Assembly (NCBI GenBank): GCA_047495785.1
Contig: JBLDXI010000074.1
Span: forward strand, 744,001-808,000
Length of the DNA: 64,000 nt
Source of the DNA: Lepidodermella squamata
Taxonomy: Eukaryota; Animalia; Gastrotricha
Reading direction: 5' to 3'
Positions 59,492-64,000 of the stretch are shown here, one piece after another (within the stretch, counting starts at the first letter, position 1; the number at the start of each line of letters is the position of its first letter). A program made the translations under genes and the position numbers. The notes under the pieces were generated by a model that did not search any database, was not told the DNA's origin, and saw nothing but the letters and a program-made list of their open reading frames with translations.

Positions 59492-60445
59492 ATGGTTGAC
59501 ATCAGCGTATTCAGTTACATCGGCTATTTTGTGGTCGGAGTATGGATTGTCAAGTCACTCCTCCGCCTGAAGCGCTTCTATTTGGGTCATTTTACTAAAC
59601 CAGCCGTTGAGTTCAAGAGCCTCGGCAAATATGCAGTGATAACTGGAGCTACTTTCGGCATAGGAAAGGTATGATTTTGAAAGCAGAATAATCCCAGTGC
59701 TACAAACGTCTTTCAGTCTTTTGCGTTCGAGTTGGCTAAATACGGCATGGATTTAGTGCTGATCAGTCGAACCATGTCAAAGCTGGAACAAGTTTCAGAT
59801 GAGCTGAAAAAACAATTCCCTAAAATAGATGTGAAACTGATTTCGGCCGACTTCTACTCTACGGATATCTACGACAGAATCGAACGAGAGCTGGACGGCC
59901 TAGACATAGGTATCCTCGTCAACAACGTCGGAGCTATGCCCAAATTCGGCCCAATCACAAATCTACCCCGTCAAGAAGTTTTGGACATGATCAACGTGAA
60001 CATGACCTCAGTCGTCCTAATGAGCCATATTGTCATCGGTAAAATGGAGGCTAAGCGGAAAGGGTTGGTCATCAACCTGTCCTCAGCCTCGGGCCATATA
60101 CCCCCGTTGCATGGTCTCTACGGACCGGCTAAGACCTTCGTCAGCCGATTCAGCGAGGGTCTTCGACTTCAATACGGCAGGAAGGGCATCATAATCCACG
60201 ACGTTCAGCCTTTCTACGTCGCTACGAATTTAACAGCTCTTCGAGGTCCTTCTGTTGTAACAGCCGAGGAGTGTGTCACCCACGCTTTGAAAACTGTTGG
60301 CCACATGCCGGAAACAAACGGAGCAATTCGCCACGAAATCATGTACAACGTGCTAACCAGTCTTCCCAAGAAACTTTTTATTCGTCTTATCATCAGAACG
60401 GAGAAGAAGGCTGAAATGTTGGCGGAAAAGGCGAAGAAGAACTAA
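59492..60445 (+). CDS. HSD17B12/KAR-type SDR (copy 3); exons 59492-59668 and 59717-60445
   Basis: YAVITGATFGIGK|SFAFELAKYG, ILVNNVG and YGPAK; same intron position as copies 1 and 2. Confidence 0.9.
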
Positions 60446-63400
60446 GCATGATTATTGAACAAATAAAAGAGAAGAGCTGCTAACGAGATGAGAGTTACGA
60501 AAAAGGATGTTATGTCTACAAGCCGGCAAAATTGAATTCGCCCACCCAATTTAAGACTAGAAAACGTTTCGCCGAAATAACGAGATAGCCAGTAGAGAAA
60601 AATCGACAGACTTGTCATTGCGGCTGAAATCAGAACTAATCCTCCGATGAAAGTGAGTAGAAGAATTTGCTGAGGAGTTTGAGGGGTCAAACAAAATAGT
60701 TGAGACAATGCTGTTGACAGAGATAGGAAAATATACACCCCAAATAATAGTCTCATCACTTCATCTGGTGGTATTAAATAAGTCGCAATTTGAAGAAAGA
60801 TTTGTAGGAGCCAAGGCGCTACAACATTGTTTAGGATGTATTCTGGCCTTCGGTGGAAGGTGAAGGAAAACGTGGCTGAGCTGATTTCATCACCGAATTC
60901 GTCTCGAATCACGTCACGGCTCACATTACTGCCTCGAAATGACCAATTTTCATCCTCAATTGTAGGGAGAATGATCCGTTTCTTCGTTGAAAGATCCACG
61001 TTTGAAAAAGCAATCATATGAGCTGATTCTTGTAAACTGAACTGTACCCTGCAAATCTGTTGATCATACGGAAATTCGCCGAGGTCGAATAAGCAAATCG
61101 ATTTGAATAGCCCTTTCCGTTTCCAGTAGAAATGCATTACCCTGCTTTGGTTTGCTGTGCTGTCTAGGACTAGTATCTCAGCCCTATTATCTATGTAAGT
61201 ATCCCCAAGTGCCACGTCCTCTAAAGCTGAGCTGAGCTCGATCTGGGGCTTCCAGATTTCAGTGAGGTCTTTCACAACTAATCTTTCAGCCAAGTTTCGA
61301 GCATTATTGCTACAGGTCGTGACACTCCATCTGACCGTGATTGTTCCAGAAAATGACATAGTTTGCTCGATAGTGTCGATTGCTGTGATTCTATCGACGG
61401 CCAAATAAAACTCTACGCCGAAAATTTCTCCACGCTTCATAGGGGGTGGGGAGCGGCGGAAGGGGGATATGTCACTGCAGTTCATAACCAAATCATGGAC
61501 TGTGACATTGGAAGTTGCTGATGCTTCATAGTCTTCCAGCGGTGGGATTGTGATAGATGGAATTAGGGATGTATTATAGCCCAGAGCAGCTCTTTGTACA
61601 ACTCCAAGTTTTCCAGCCGTTGTAGAACTATCGATCAACCCAATCGTGCTAGATGAGAAAACTGCTGACGGGGAAGTAACAGGATTCCATGTTGTCGCAT
61701 CTGATGTGGCTTGAAAGGTTGTATCACTGCCGATCGTTGTTTTAATACTAGAACTTACACCACGACTGGTTGTAGATGTAGAACTGTCAGCTACTACACT
61801 AGTTGATGCAGAAGTAGATGTTTCAGCGTTGCTAGTCGTGGTAGTAGTAGTAGAAGCTGTGGTAGTTGATGAAGTAGTTGTAGGATTCGGGAGAGAATGT
61901 GCCGCTACGCATGCTTCAGAAAATGAGTTCAGTAATGTCTCATCAACTGATTTTCGGCTTAAAACCGATATGCATTTATAGGCGAAGGGGCTAGTCGCCA
62001 TGTTCAGTTTATAAGTCCCCGCCACAGGATTGCTCCCGATGACTAACGTTTGAGTATCTCCCGTCGGCAAATAATAATCCTCCGTCGAAAATTCACATCG
62101 GGCATGTTCAGGGTAGCTAACAATCGATATCGCCTTGGAGGCTGAGTCGAAGGTAAAAGCTAACAGAGGCCAGCTTTCAGTTCCTAGGCTAACAGGTTGA
62201 AAGGCGCAAGGGATATTGGTAGCATTGTTGTTTTCGGTGACTGCTGCATTCCATGAAATCAACGCGAGCTTTCCAGCCGAAAAATCGATTGAAATAGTAA
62301 CGAAAGTGTCGAATTCATCAATCCAAGTTAATACTGCTTGCGGCTTAGATGAGAAGCCAACTGCTTGCATCTTGGTTACAGATGATCTTGGCATGAAGTA
62401 GCCCATAACTGTGAAAGCATCACCAACTTTGTTTAAAGAAATTGTTAGGCTTGGCCCTTGTACAACAGCAAATGCTTGATCCCAACAAGTTTCGCAATCG
62501 AAAGGCGTTTGTTTTGGATTGAATTCGACAAAATTGGTAGAAGCAAGATCAATAATTCCACTCAATTGATTCGCTGTTCCAGACTGATCTAGAGCTAACG
62601 ATCGCTTTGAAGTAGATGAGTCTCCAAAATTTGTAACAAATCCTGTAGAGTGGAGAGGAAAGAATACTAAAACGCCATCCGGGAGTAAGCTAGATTGGAA
62701 ATTGCAATCTGGAGGTTGGAAGCCTGCAGGGCAAATACAAACTGTAGCGGTTCCACATGTGCCCCCATTCAAACAAGCATAACCACCGCAGTAAGCCGAC
62801 GAAGCTTCACAAGTAGCGCCACCTTTCAGCATCAAGGTTTTGCCTATCTCTGCACAGATTTCAGTGAATTTCCGATGAGGATTCGTGGGGCTGACAGTTT
62901 TGGATTTCACAACAGAATTAGCTGGGCAGAAAGCTTCGGAGTTACCACTTTCAGAGACTGAATCCGACGAGCGCATGATCGTGTCGCTTCTTGCCAGTTC
63001 GGACTGCTGGCTGGCCAAGCAGTTTGCTGAAGAATCTAGAATCATTTATTGAGTAGAAGTACAAGTTCAACGAAAATTTTCTTGCCACTTTGCGGGATTA
63101 GTTTGAAGAAACTGGCACGATTCACGATAAGTTGGTTGAAATTATTGGTGTTGGTAAACTCGCCGAAACCGAAGTTGATCAGCCCAGTTGAAGAGATGAG
63201 CCTCATAATACCGGAGGCTCGTCCGACGAGTGACGGCTTGCAAGGACTAGCCGAAGATATGCTTTTGAAGCACATATATACATCTTCATTGGCCTGAACT
63301 TGAATGATCCATGTGCCGTTGTATATTGCGCCGAAGCTATTGCTTCCAATTGAAGGTTGATTATTCCACAGCGATCCATCGGCTAAATAAGCGGTGGACG

Positions 63401-64000
63401 ATGGCGGGAAGTTATACACATAAGCCTTAGGGTCACTTGGCTCCAAATCGATAGTTATGCCACCCTTCAGTGACGCACCACCCACGAAGCCCCAGTTCTT
63501 CGACGCGTCTTTGCGATCTGTAATATTATTTAATGAAATTATCAAAATTTCTACTCGAAAATAGCATTACATTGCAAGGCAATTCCTGTGTAATCCATGA
63601 AGTAAACCATAAAACCGGCACCGCGGGACTGTGTATTGCACGGGCAAATCCAGTCGTAGGTTATTTCAACTTGGAATGCACTAGTAGATTTGTCGATTCT
63701 CGCCTGTTCAATGAAAGGCTCAGTTGTAAGAAGGGAGGCAATAATATATAATATCTGTCAAAGCAACTAAAGGACATAATTCGAAAGTAAATCTTATATT
63801 CTGACATCTGAGCTTTGTGTCATATGGTATGGAGTGCAGAAAGTTTATGGCTATAATTATACGAGAAGGTTCCAGTAAATACCGAAAATTTCTTTACTTT
63901 AGTGTATAACACAAGTATGAAAACTTCCTTAAATTTCTCACCTTAGACCAGGCCATTGAAATTTCATTTTTCCTGGGTTGTGTTAGTGTGAAAGTGAAAG
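60442..64000 (-). CDS. Second lectin-EGF-LamG Cys-loop channel subunit; 5' end lies outside the window
   Basis: Last exon 63035-60442 carries EGF CLNGGTC..CICPAGFQPPDC, a LamG-like domain, a Thr stalk, CLFDLGEFPYDQQIC and four TMs. Upstream exons (..LTQPRKNEISMAWSK|ARIDK..FQVEITY..|..KNWGF) share intron positions with copy 1. Confidence 0.8.

Overview
Gene-dense, AT-rich eukaryotic DNA, probably from an invertebrate animal (many ~50-70 nt GT-AG introns, TATA/Inr promoters, MITEs, one LINE). The raw ORF track fragments most genes, so I rebuilt them by hand-splicing. Genes recognised: an AIG1/GIMAP-like GTPase fused to a RING-H2 finger, three HSD17B12/KAR-type SDRs, two DM9-repeat genes, an SLC36-like transporter, a clan-3-like P450, two PLAC8/cornifelin genes with 9- and 13-nt microexons, a trypsin-family protease, a mucin-plus-two-vWA protein, an F-box/LRR protein, a divergent rhodopsin-type GPCR and a secreted Cys-rich toxin-like protein. 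Two candidate new systems stand out. (1) Two paralogous Cys-loop channel subunits carry very large N-terminal extensions. The complete copy reads signal peptide, two L-type-lectin-like domains, EGF, LamG-like domain, Thr-rich stalk, then the channel; both copies have an unusual M2 pore. (2) A four-member secreted-peptide family shares a promoter, a 33-nt signal exon and a first intron but carries very different payloads. One member has 36 RRVR-separated acidic nonapeptide cassettes; two others are His/Lys-rich and cationic. Domain calls come from motifs recognised by eye; no database searches were run.
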